In this document: positions 10,661 through 23,310 of the stretch, one piece after another
How the letters are laid out: each line of letters opens with the position of its first letter
Numbering within the stretch: the stretch's first letter is position 1
NCBI GenBank assembly: GCA_050084985.1
Contig: JBITNC010000001.1
Coordinates: 111,414,001 to 111,478,000, forward strand
DNA length: 64,000 bases
Source of the DNA: Nageia nagi
Taxonomy: Eukaryota > Plantae > Pinophyta
Direction: 5' to 3'
Made by a program: the position numbers and the translations under genes
Notes under the pieces: model-generated
Databases searched by the model: none
Told to the model about the DNA's origin: nothing
The model's input: only the letters and a program-made list of their open reading frames with translations

Positions 10661-12536
10661 CTCCAAATCGACACAGATCATTTCATTGGTAAGGTATCAT
10701 GGTGGAAATAATTGAGGAGAAACCTGAGAAAAATTCTAACAAAGATTAAATCCCTTCTCAATATGGATTAAAAATAGCCTATGATACTTCATGTAGCACA
10801 ATTTGATTGGCCACTTTTCCATTGAAAATGATTAAGGATTAATATGGTGGGTTGGAATGGGGAATCTAATAAAATCTTATGATGTATTTGATAGGACTTC
10901 ATCTTGTCTTACTGAAACAGAAGGCAAGAAGAAAGTGCATATACTGGTTATTACAATTCTCTCTGATCAAGCTTAGCTATTTCCACTTCAGCCTTTGATA
11001 GCCCTTGGTTGCTATCTTTATAAAATAATGTCCTCTTTTGGAGATCCATGGAGTACATGGCCAATACATTACCATGGTCTGGTTCAGAGAAACTTTACAC
11101 TCTGGTAACTAGGGATCTTCTTAGTAATAAAAACTAGCCCCGTAACAGAAAATTTCTTCTCTGTTTTTAATTTTGGAAGGCATTTAATTGGTGGTAACCA
11201 TAGTTAAGGATGTTCTTACCTTTACTTCTACTGAAGCTTCCCTTAAATCCGTTGTGGATTCAGGATGGTAACTATTGCATTTTAATTGTGTTCAGTATGT
11301 GATGGGGAATCTTCTCTGATGATGTAAAAGTATTGCCCCTGTTAATTGGTCTCAACACACTGCAGATAAAATGATGGGAAGAGTGATACATGAATTATGG
11401 TTTGGGTAAGTCTCAGTATGACAAAAATTATGTTTGATAACTTTTGGTTTGTTGATAATCTCCAATTGAGTCCCTAAACGGGGATGGTGTTATACTTGTC
11501 TCCGTTGAAGAGGGAAGCTCGGCTAACAGCAGGGTAAATTGTTGGCCTGCAAGATTTGATTATATTGGTTATATGAATGGTAGTCCCGCTTCTATGTAGT
11601 TGGTGTCTGAAAACCATGGAAGTCACAGGTTTTTAATGATGTGAAGGTCAGTTCTTGAATATGTGAAGTAATTTCTTTTCCTGGATTTGAAATGAGGCAT
11701 TCTAGACAATGAGATCAGTAGCATTTTGGGATCTTGGTCTTGGTTTGACTCCCAATTCTTCTGGATTCTGAAAGACTCAAGTCAGTTAGATGTTTGTCCT
11801 CTCTGACACAGACTTTTTGACTTTATTCTCAAATTTGAGATTATAATTTGATGTTCAACAATCTAACATTGTATTATAATTCTTTCCTATGGGATTTTTT
11901 CGAAGTGCTATGTGGTTTAAGAATAGTGTCCCGAGGACAACACCTGTTTGCATTTATCAAAAAATGTTTATTTTTGACATCATCAAAGGTACATTTCACT
12001 AAATATACAGATCAATGACTGAAAGAATCATTTAAGCCTTGAAGGCTGAAGCTAATATCTTCCAACTAGGAATGCTTGTTGGGATTACATAGCTCATTGG
12101 AAACCCTCCATATTTGAAGCAGCAATTACTCTAGGCAGGAATTTCAATTTCATACTATAAAAAAATGAAAAGAAAGTCAGATCCTGATTCTCATACCATA
12201 TGGTTACCAGACTATATTCAGGGATATTCTGCAATGTATTGAACACTTACATGTTGTAATAGGAAGCCATTTTCATGAATTGGTAAGTGCTGTGAACTTT
12301 GTAGAAGGAAGGTTGGACTATTTCTTGTTCACTGAATTTGAATGGCTCGACAATGGAAAGATAAGTCTTCCATACTTCTTTTCCAGTCACTAATCATTGG
12401 CCTTATGAGTAGCAGAAAAACAGACGCTTCTCCATCATGTTGTGCTTCCAAGGTTGAGAACACTGAATTAAACATCTATATACTGGCAAGTTAAGTAGAA
12501 AACAGTGGACTGATAGTAGGTTGTACATGGTAATCA

Positions 12537-15500
12537 TGTTAGGAAGCAATAAATTAAAATAACAGTGTAATACCCAATTACAGATAAATTAACAGAACTG
12601 AAGAGTAACTAAAGAATAATATCACCATGTAATGCCAATTGAAAAATAACCTGTAATAGCCAAATCAAGAATATTGAGCAATAGAAGTCCAAAGATGGTA
12701 GCCTCCATCATTTAGAGGGAGTGAACCTCCAATATTGAGCAATAGAAGTTCAAAAATTTGTGAATGGTTTGAGGATGTGTTTCTCCAATGATGATTATGA
12801 GCATGACATTTACCTCTATTTATATGATATTTTTTCTAATAAAACTAAATCACTCTACATGGCCTGCTATCCATGTATAATGGAATCGACAAATAATGTT
12901 TAACCAACATAGACCATAAAAGAGTCACAACATGCCCTCCCCCATTAAAAGGCTTTGTTGTCTTAGCTTGTAACTTTTCTAGAGTCTCCATAATATTGTG
13001 ATGTTTCCATGTTCCATTCTTGATCTCCAGCATGATTCTTTGATAGCTTATCATACTATTTCGGACTTTCCACTTTCAAAAATCCTTAAGTTTGCTCCAG
13101 CTTCCAATATCATATTTTCTTTTTTTAGGCTTTTTGATATTCTTCTTGGTTGTTCCAGGTTCCGAAACATTGTCATCTTCCTTGAAGTCCTTTAATAGGT
13201 TTTGTTTGGTTGCCATGCTTCCGTTGCACCACTATAATGGTCGTTCCCTAGTCATCTTCAATCCTGCACTTATTCTACATCCTCTATGTTGCCATGTTGA
13301 GAGATCTATGGTTTTGAACTTAAACTCTTTGTTTGTTTGCTGTGTGATAATTGTTTCTTCTTTCTTGGAATGCTTCATTGATGGATATCTTTGTATAACT
13401 CTTATTAAACATTTTGCTTTTATGGAGCTAGAAGTAGGCTTAAGCCTAATACTATAAGAATATTAGTTTATTGACACATACATACCACAAGCATCAATTT
13501 GTAATTCAAATCATGTTCATGAAATCCCAGCAATAGCACATGTGTTAGTTGATCTTAGAACCCAAACATGGTAATCCTTTCCAAATATAATCAAAGGTGT
13601 AGAAAGAATGATCTTGTGTTTCTAAAGAACATTGGCCTCACCCTTTAAACTTCTAGAAAAGAACAATGCCATCAATATGCTGCATATCCCAACTTGATGC
13701 CACATTCTTATTCAAAGTTGATCGAATGTTGCTTCGGATCATTGTCTCCATTGAATAGATCAAACCTGGAAATTTTATCCTCGCGTGGAAGAGGAAAATT
13801 TGAGATTTCCCATGAAAGAGGATTGATAACTGAACCATTAAAATCACATATACATTATTTCTTCTCATTTGTATTGGATTCAAGGATATGCAATTTTTTG
13901 ACAATTTTTATACTTGGGGATCTACCTACTGATTATTTTGGCTGTTTTGGCAATCATCTTGATTCATATTCCGATTTCCATTGCTAGCAAACTGAGTTAC
14001 TTTATCAAGCAACCCTTTCTTGCTCAAATAATCTTTACCAAATTTATTGATCTAGAAAAGCAAATGTTAGCCTCCAAAAATCCTAGATCTAGGATTTTCA
14101 GTCATAAATATGTGCAAAACTACAGGTTCACCAAATTTGTAGACAAATAAAAATGATTTATTTAATAAATAAATGCAATCATCTATCTATGAATGATAAT
14201 TAGAAATATGACAAATGATACACAATTTTACAATGATTTAGGATCTAAGAAAGTACCAAACTAGGGCACCAAGCAATGATTCAACTAGATCTAGCTCATA
14301 TGCAACATAAAACAAGGAATAACATACTTTATGCACTTATTTGGAGATGAACTAACCCACCAATGATGTCATCAAGTCTCTCCCAAGTGTACCTAAAAAC
14401 TCGATGTTTTCGGAGGGATTGATGCTTGTCCTAGAATTTACGGGTTTAGGACCAATCCTTGGTGATGATCAACCTCCTCCCTGTCTTTTAGAAACCAAAA
14501 TAGAAATTGAATGGAAAGATTTGCAAGAAACACACATGAAATATCTATTTCCAGATAAACAAAGTGTTCCAAGGGCTGTCGGACTGAACCAGTGTTGGAG
14601 ATTGATGTTGACTAATAAAAAGAAAACCAAAAGTTATCTCACAAATTTAAAGAAGACCAAAAGTTTCTACAGCCATTGAACACTCACCATGACTGTGAGA
14701 CTTCTAACAAGGCATTTGAAAAGTTGTATCATGTATTTGTTTATTATAAATGTATTACAACAAACAAATGCATGGGCAACTCACTGGGTAGTAGGATCTG
14801 CTAGGAACAGGGCTATGGAAGCCTTGTTCTAGGTGGTTTTTGAATTGGTTAAAGTTGCAAGGGCTGCCCGACAAGTTCAAGACCTCGACTCCTTGCTCCG
14901 ATTCTTCTGATTTGGCCAAGAATTTATCATTTTTGGTCAAGAAGCTCTCCAAAATTCCAAAAATTCTCCAAAACTATTCAATGAATTCCATGAGGTCTTG
15001 GCTTCTCAAAATAATTTTTAGGAAGACCAATGCTTTACCATTGGAGAGGTAGCAAAGAATATTTTATGATATGATTTGACTTTCAAATCTTGAGGTTTTG
15101 CTTATTTTTCAGAGTTGATTTGCCTTACTTGAGGAAATGCTTGATCATAACAAGAACTGATGATTTGAAATTACTTTTGCTTTTCCTTTTATACCTTGCA
15201 AAACAAGAAATAAAATGCACATTAACCGACATTCCACAAATTAATGATAATTCTCTTGAAATTCACTTTTTTTAAATAAATTCAAAATTGCATTTAGATA
15301 CCTGAATTCTGATTTTTAATAAATCAAAAATCAAAATTAGTTGTCGCTGTGGTGTGGTCATTCTTGGACTTAAGCATGTTTGCTCCAGCTGCTGTCAAAA
15401 ACAATGACATAAATCTGGATTGCCTTGTAAGAGTATTGGACCTAGATGGGAATCTAGATGACCGAAGTTTGTCCAATACCCATGATTTTGTTGTATAGAG

Positions 15501-17900
15501 CTGGGTTGGTTAGTATGGGAATGTCTTTTTGTCTCATATGGCTACTATCCTTATCTAATGGCATTTTGTAGAAACAGGTTTTGGGCCCCTGTATAAAAAA
15601 CCCATTAATAAATTAACTCTTACCAAAAAAACAAATTAGATGTCTACAACCACAATAACTACATCAAGAATATCCTCATGTATATTATCATGTTCAACCA
15701 AATTATGAAGAAAAACTTTCATGTTCCATGATATGAACCATATCATGAATAATATTGCAAAGAAAAGTCATCTCACTAGCCTCATTATGGGCATCTACAA
15801 TTTGAGAAAAATGTGTTTTTAAATTCCCAGGATGAACTAAAGGCTCAAAGGGTTATTATATGCAATGTTGTCATCAATATCTGCATACTTAGTAGGCTCA
15901 TTATCCCATGCATGATGCAACAAAGACATCAACAACTTTACATTCATTCAATAAGGTATTCTCAATAATTGTTCCATGTACCAATATACTTATAAAGAAA
16001 AATCCCATATCTTTCATGTTCCTCAGGTGACCTCCTTGTAGAAGAAAACACAATATTTTGTATGTGAAAAAGCTTCTCTTTAAAGAGGAAATGTCCTATA
16101 GAAAATAAGTCCACTGGATATGTGCTTTCAACAATGTAACGGAAAATAGATTTTGACTTTTATTTTTCACTTTTCATTCAACCAAGAGTTGGGCACAGCT
16201 AGTAGGAGCTAAATAAAAAGAATAAAATGAGTTTTTGCACCTTCGATTTGATTTTTCATCTAGAGTTTTTCCTTCATGTTTTGCTTTCTTAGCATAGGCC
16301 TTTTCCTGTAATTCACAAGTATGAGTGACCATTTTATTTGTTTAAAACAAATCCCCCCGTATCGCAATAGGGGAGGTGCGCCAGGGGCTCTGCCTCTTAG
16401 AACCCAGCAAGGGGATTTTCCCCCTTGACCTTGCTATCATTTAGAATTTTGTGTATTTAATACAAAACTCTACAATTTACATTATGTTGTCACATGTGCA
16501 ATGTGTTATTAACTTATTTGATATAGATTGTTGTGTTATTTAATATGCAATGTTGAGAGATAACTAGAAATGAATTGTTTAAATCTATGTGCGCCTATAT
16601 ATATATATATTGGATTTTGCCTGTTTTCTGATTCCAATTTTTTGTCAAGTTAATAGCCAAACATTTTTTTGTCAATTTCAAGTCTTACTACTATGGTAAT
16701 ATCAAATCCCTTGATTTGTAATCTAAGTAGTTTGCACCTTCTAAGCCATGTAAATAGAACCTCTTCATCATAATCAAAATCAGAATCATAAGCATTTTCT
16801 TCTTGCATGACATGATTCTAAATCCCAAATCTTCTTCTCTATGATGGAGTCATCAAGCTTCCAATGTAAAATTTCAAAGAAACCTTTCCTACTTTTTAAG
16901 AGCTTCGCAAAATTGTAAATTAATCAAGAAAATTCAATATAGTGCACCCAATGGGCTAGCGATTTCCACAAACCCCAAAAATGCAATAATTTTCCAAAAT
17001 ATAAATAAGCTGAAATTTGGACTGTAATTTACTTGGATGGTTTTGTTATACTCACAAAATAAATCCCTAAATTGCAGTAATTTCCTCAAAATAGATCAGA
17101 AAAGGTAGAAGGAGCTTGCATCATTCTTAAGTTGCTCACCATAATTTTTGGAAAATCCATTGATTTGTGGAGAAATCCTAATTGCAGAATAACACAACAG
17201 ATATAGCTCCAATTAGTCTAAAATTTGGTCTTTTCCTTGCTCATGTGACTGCTACCAAAAATCACCTCAAAATTTGTTGATTTTTGCCCTAAGAAATGAT
17301 TATAATGATAAAGTCTAAATGTCTATATAGTATAAATTAATGAATATAGTTCAAATTTTCTTGAAATTTGGATTGTAGCTTCCTCGTATTGTTCTCTATC
17401 ACCCCTCCTAATTTCATCGAAAAATAGATAAGGATTGTGAGATATCCAAACTTTACTTGGGTAGCCAAAATCAGTGATATTATACCACTTGTTGCAAACC
17501 AACACTTAAAAGTAATAGTGTAAGTCCCAATTACAACAGAATAGTATAATTAAAGAGCAACTGAAGTATAGTATCACCATGTAATGTCAATTGAAAAACA
17601 ACTTGCAATACCCAAATCCAAAATATTAAGCAATATAAATGAAAACATGAAAGCCTCCACCACTTCAATGGGGTAAACTGCCAACAACTTCTTCAAGTAA
17701 GCAATCTCCAACTATTCACAAATAAGCAACACTATGATTTTTCAATGATGATTATGGGCATTTCATATGCTTTTCTTTATATAATATTCTTTCTAATAAT
17801 TAGAAATCCCTATGTATTGTATATAGCCTATTATCCATCTATAATGGAATCAACCAATCATAAATGATGCCCAAAGTAGGCCATTAAAGGAATCATAACA
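12537..17900 (-). mobile_element. old, decayed LTR retrotransposon (copia-like) with both LTRs and TSD AATCA
   Basis: Homologous LTRs at 12537-12932 and 17490-17900, both TG...CA; aatca on both flanks; tRNA-Met-type PBS tggtat near 17487; PPT aatgggggagggca at 12933-12946. The interior is degraded and includes a Ty3/Tat-like gag fragment (KFP..FNGDNDPKQH) near 13700-13800. Confidence 0.75.
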
Positions 17901-18123
17901 AATCAAATATCAAAAATCAGCTGACAAACAAAATAAGTACCCTTCTAAGACAAGCTTGCAATGAGGCAACACAATATTCAACTACTTTTCATCTTCAACT
18001 AAAAATGTGGAATGTAAACATCTTATTGCAAAGCCATATAAGATAATAAAACTAAAGACATTGCATCTAGCATCTGCTTTTCTCAAATTACTTTTGATAA
18101 TTCATTTCATGGACATTGTATAC

Positions 18124-18164
18124 CTTTGCTCGTCTCTCCCAAATGTTTTCGGAGCTCAAAATCC
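18124..18164 (-). CDS. DHHC S-acyltransferase 41-nt loop exon
   Basis: attcag|GG ATT...GCA AAG|gtatac gives (W)ILSSENIWERRAK and supplies the phase 1 to phase 0 bridge needed between the flanking exons. Confidence 0.75.
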
Positions 18165-18710
18165 CTGAATCCATATGAACCATATATAATATCAATAACT
18201 TGATCAAGCATGAGATAACAATTGGAAGATTGACATGGGGCTCTAAAAACTCATGAGAAGATCTTTCTCAACAACCATAACATCAGTAACAGAAAATGCA
18301 CAGAAATATTGATAAAAGGATAAAAGTTTATTCCATGTTTTCTTGAGGGATACAATAAATCAATAATGTCTAGAAGAGAATGGACATGCATGTTTTATTA
18401 TCAGGGAAGACTAGACAAGGTGTTATGAAACTACTATTCCCTCTCGAATGGCAAGATCATACAAAATTATCCAACAAAACATATAAAAAACACAACGTTT
18501 TTGCTACAAGATTAATGTGATAAGAGAAAAAAACATTTATCATATTTCCCAATTGACACATCATCCATAGTATTACATGCCAAACAATCATATTCATAAC
18601 AAAAAAAACATTTTCAGTTATATGATCAAATATTGAAATACAAATTTCTAAGGCTTCAAGCAACAAGACTAAACAAACGCTAAATTTCAAAGACTAGAAT
18701 ATCTTTTAAC

Positions 18711-21700
18711 CATAGTTGAAAAAATTGGATTGGAATCGGAATAAATCGCCTAAAATTGGAATTGGCCAAGCAAACAATCCAATTCGAACTGAATCCGATT
18801 TTTTTCAAATAAGTGTTTATCCGATTTTTTCTGATTCCTATTTTTTTGCAAAAAATCAGCATTGAATCAGCCGATGATTTTTCAAGATTTTATCCGATTT
18901 TTCCCCATTTTTTGGCCGATTCGATTATGCAAAAAAACACGATTCTCGAGGAAAAAATCAGCAAAAAATCATTTGCTCGTCTTGGCCACGGGTAGAGGGG
19001 TTTAAGTCACCAAAAAGCTCATTCATTTCATTTCTTTTGAATTCTAGAGCTAAGCGGAGCTTAGCTAACACTATTTTCAACAAATTTGAAGAGATTCCAA
19101 GTAAGTTTCCAATGCTTTGTGAGTTTAGATGGGTGTTTTTTCATTCTCTCCAAGGCTTCAGCTATTTGTTTTTTCTTTTTTGTTTGTTTTTGCAGCTGCA
19201 AGTATGAGTTCTCCAAGCCATAAGAAAGATAGGACAGATGCTGCTTGGCCATATGTCACAGAGACTGAAATAGCAAGCACTCTTATTTGCAATTTTTATA
19301 GGGAACCTATTGGTGGAGGTGTTTACAAAATGAAATTTCACTTAGCAAGAATGGTTGGGAATAATATTAGACCTTGCACTAAGGTGGATCAAGATGTCTA
19401 GAGGCAAATGGTTGTTGTCATAGAAGCCAAGGCAGCAGCGAAGTAGTTAAAGAAAAGAACAAAATCAAAAATTGCCAAAGGGTTTCCACTACCTCCCCCT
19501 CCAGAGTTTCCAGGGGCAAGTTCTACCCAGGGCCATTTCTTTGAAGAGGGCGATGCTAGTGGTAGTGCAACTGCAAAGCAAACCCCCACCAGCAAGATGA
19601 GGAATCCAACAAGCTCTAGTAGTGCAATGAGGTGTGATTATTTTGCACCTCGTGGTGGCCAAACTACACTCGACGAATCATGGAATAAAGATAAGTTTAA
19701 TGAAACCAAAAAGGCAATTGCAAATTTCTGGTATTACTCTAATCTTTCCTTCAATGTGGCGAACTCACCATATTGGGAGTACATGGTTAGAGCTATTGAT
19801 GCTTGTGGTATTGGAATCAAAGCACCAACTTATAGTGATTTGAAAGGTCCTATGCTAGATGCATAGTTAGAAAAATCGGAATCGGATCAGAATCGTTTGG
19901 TTGCAGGATTTCAATTTTTTGAAAAATCGAACAAAAATCGGCAAAAAAATCGGATAAAATCGGCAAAAAATGGGCATGAGAAAAAATGAAGGAATTTCTT
20001 CGATTTTAGCTAAATCTCAAAAAACGGCCAAAAAATCGACAAAAAATCGGATAAAATCGGCAAAACATCGTCGACCGATTCAATGCCGTTTTTTTTCGAA
20101 AAAATCGCAATTTTTTTGTCTAAAAAATCGGAATTGGAATCGGGAAAAATTGGATAAACACTTATTTGAAAAAAATCAGATCTGATTCAAATCGGATCGT
20201 TTGCTTGGTCGATTCCGATTTTATCCGATTTCGATTCGATTTTTACAACTATGCTAGATGTGGCTATTTTAGATTGTAGGAGGGTTATTGATGAGTAGAA
20301 GAAGATTTGGAGAAGAAAGGGCTACAGCATTCTTAGCGATGGTTGGACCGATACACAGGGGTGAACTATGTTGAATTTTTTGGTTGCTTCTTCAAGAGGT
20401 ATGGTATTCTTGAAGTTAGTGGATGCATTAGGTGAAATAAAAAATAGTGATTATTTATTTGGGCAACTACAGATGGTCATCGAGAAGGTGGGGGCTGAGA
20501 ACGTTGTGCAGGTATATTTATTATTTTCTAGCTATTTCGTTTCGGTTTATTTTGTGTATGTTATCATTTTTTGATTTAAAATTTTAAATAATTAAAATTT
20601 AATTCATCTTAGTTTAAAACTTAACTTTAAATTTTATGTTGTGCACACTGTAGGTTATCACGGATAACGCTTCTGCATACGTTAAAGCAGGGGAGAGCAT
20701 TGAGAAAGAATAGCCTACCATTTTTTAGACTCTTTGTGTTGCACATGTCATCGACTTACTTCTTGAGGACAATGGAAAGGTAGATTGGATCAAAGAGGTT
20801 GTGGAAAAAGCAAAGAATATCACTAAATATATCTACAATCATGCTTAGGTCATCCATTTGATGAGGACAAGTTTTACAAATGAAAAGGGTCTAATACGTC
20901 CTGGTAAATTTTCTATTATTTCCCAACTTTCAATTTATTGCATTTATATTCTATATTTTTTATTTTTCATTAAATTAAATTTAAGAATTTTGCGTGCAGC
21001 CACTACAGGATTTGGCAACATCATTTCTTACATTGCAGAGTATTTTTAATACTCGAACTACATTGAAACAAATGTTTGTGAGCAACAAGTGGATGGAGTC
21101 GAGATATGCATATGAACCAAACGGCAAGAATGTCGTTAATTGTATCTTTGATGATGATTATTGGACGAACACACTTCAAATTTTGAAGGTATAATTTTAT
21201 TTCAACTTTTCTACTGTCCGAATCATTCCATATTGAATTGATTAAAATTTAATTTATTAAAATTGTTATTAATTTAGTTGTATAATTGATAATTCACTTT
21301 GCAGATTACAGAGCCCTTAGTGAGGGTGTTTCGCCTTGTGCACTCAGAGAAGCCATCCATGAGGTACATGTATGAGGCGATGGATAAGGCAAAGGAGGCC
21401 ATATCTACTTTTTTCGGTTATCAAGCATCAAGATTTCAGTTCATTTGGGACATGGTTGATCGTAGGAATACTCAATTGCATAAGCCTCTACATGGAGCGG
21501 GGATTTACTTAACCCCAAGTTCTTCTATGCAAACAATTTTGATCCATTGAATGGGGAGATTAATGCAGGTATCCACTAGTAAATATTAATCAACTTTAAG
21601 GATTTTGCCTTCAATTTTCAACTTAACCTATTGAATTTGAATATATTGGATTTTGATGGGCATTTAAATTTTGTAGGTGTCCAAAAGGCTATTAACCGTT

Positions 21701-22926
21701 TGGTGCTAGATAAGGAGATTAGAACCAAAATTTTCTGAGTAGAGCTTCAAGATTACAAGAAAGCACAAGGCTACTTGTTCTCATCCCCAGAATGTATAGA
21801 ATCAAGGACAACTCTAGCTCCAGGTAACAAAATGCATTTTCAATCTTTTTAAAGTGAATTGCCCAATTAGTAACATCTTGAAAAATGCATTCTTATTTGT
21901 TTTTCCTGTTGTTTTTTTTTTAGACCTATGGTGGGAGGATTATGGCGGTAATACGCCAAATCTTCAAAAAGTGGCCATAAAAATCTTATCCCAACCAGCT
22001 AGTTCATCTGGGTGTGAGCAAAACTAGAGCACTTTTGAGCAAATTCATTCAAAGAAGCACAATAGGCTCACCCATGAGCGCTTGAATGATTTGGTTTTTG
22101 TGCATTACAACCTTCGCCTCCATCATAGATAAATTCAAGGAACAATGATGCCATAGAGTTGGATGAGATTGATGCAAGTGATGTGTGGGCTTCACGGTTG
22201 ACGGATGTGCTAGAAGAGGTTAGAGATTTTGATTTCAATTTTCAACTTATAGATTAGCCATTGAATTTGATTTTGAATATATTTTATCAGCTTTTGATGG
22301 GCAATGCATTTTGATTTTACAACCTCAGGATTTTGATTTCACCTTTGAAGAATATCAAAGGATGGAAGAACAAGCTCTTGCAATGGGAGAGGAACCTGAA
22401 AGGGTGGCAACAGAAGCAGAAAGGGCCCAATGGGGTACATTAATAACAGGACCATCACATAGAGGAGATGCTCTTGAAGATGATATTGATGATGATGAAC
22501 CTCTAATAACAACTAGGTCTAGGGTTGCAAAAGAGAGATTACGAAAGGCAAAACATGGATGATAGCTCATAGCAATGTTGCAGTAGCAATCACTAGATGA
22601 ATGTTTTGAATCTTGTGATTCAGATTTTGTTATGTCACATTGAAAATCTTTAATGTTTTTGATCCTTGACACTTGACATTCGATATGTAATATTGAACTC
22701 TACAATTTCTTTGATATGCAATGTTGAATATTTTATGTGTTATTCTATATGGAATGTTGTCTATTTGATGTGCAATATTCAGATTTAGCTAAAACTTATT
22801 TGTTTTAATATCAAATAGAAGAAATTCCTTCAATTTTTCTCCATGCCGATTTTTTTGCCGATTTTTCAAAAAATCATAATCCTGCAATCAAACGATTCCG
22901 ATTCGATTCTAATTTTTTTAACTATG
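18711..22926 (+). mobile_element. hAT DNA transposon with an intron-containing transposase pseudogene
   Basis: TIRs CATAGTT(G/A)AAAAAATT and aatcgg subterminal repeats. From ATG 19204: BED finger (AW..ICNF..HL..C), DUF659-type SDGWTD/ITDNASA/CVAH motifs and a dimerisation region (WWEDYG..SSSGCE..NDLVFVHYNL). GT-AG introns such as 20512-20653; many stops. Confidence 0.9.
19862..20253 (-). mobile_element. 392-bp MITE of the same hAT family, inserted inverted in the host transposase
   Basis: CATAGTT...AACTATG ends flanked by a (g)ctagatg duplication. Its halves are reverse complements of the host's right and left ends. Confidence 0.9.
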
Positions 22927-23310
22927 ATTGAAACTATATCTAATATCTACCTTTCTTAAATTTGAAAATTCTAAGGACTTTTCTAGTATATATATACTTG
23001 CCGTCCCCCTCGCGTTTCCTAAAATCGGGTGGCCATCCCCTGCTGTCCTTGGGGACTCATCCACCCATCCGTGACAACCTTGATATAATCCAATATGGGC
23101 AAACTTATAGATGTCAGAGATTGTGAGTTAATTAGGTACGTCTAATCCTCTTGACAACATAGTTCATGGCAAAATTATGGCATTAGATTTCTAACAATAT
23201 TTTATTAAAGATGATTTTGATCAAAATTGTCCTCAAGTTATATTTTTATGGTGTTTACTTTATCTCACTACTCGAGAATGGGTCGGCTATCTATTCATCA
23301 ATAGCATGAA

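Noticed and set aside
18416-23082. outer MITE with CAAGG-type ends surrounding the first hAT
   Set aside because: Terminal similarity is short and the flanks show no target duplication.
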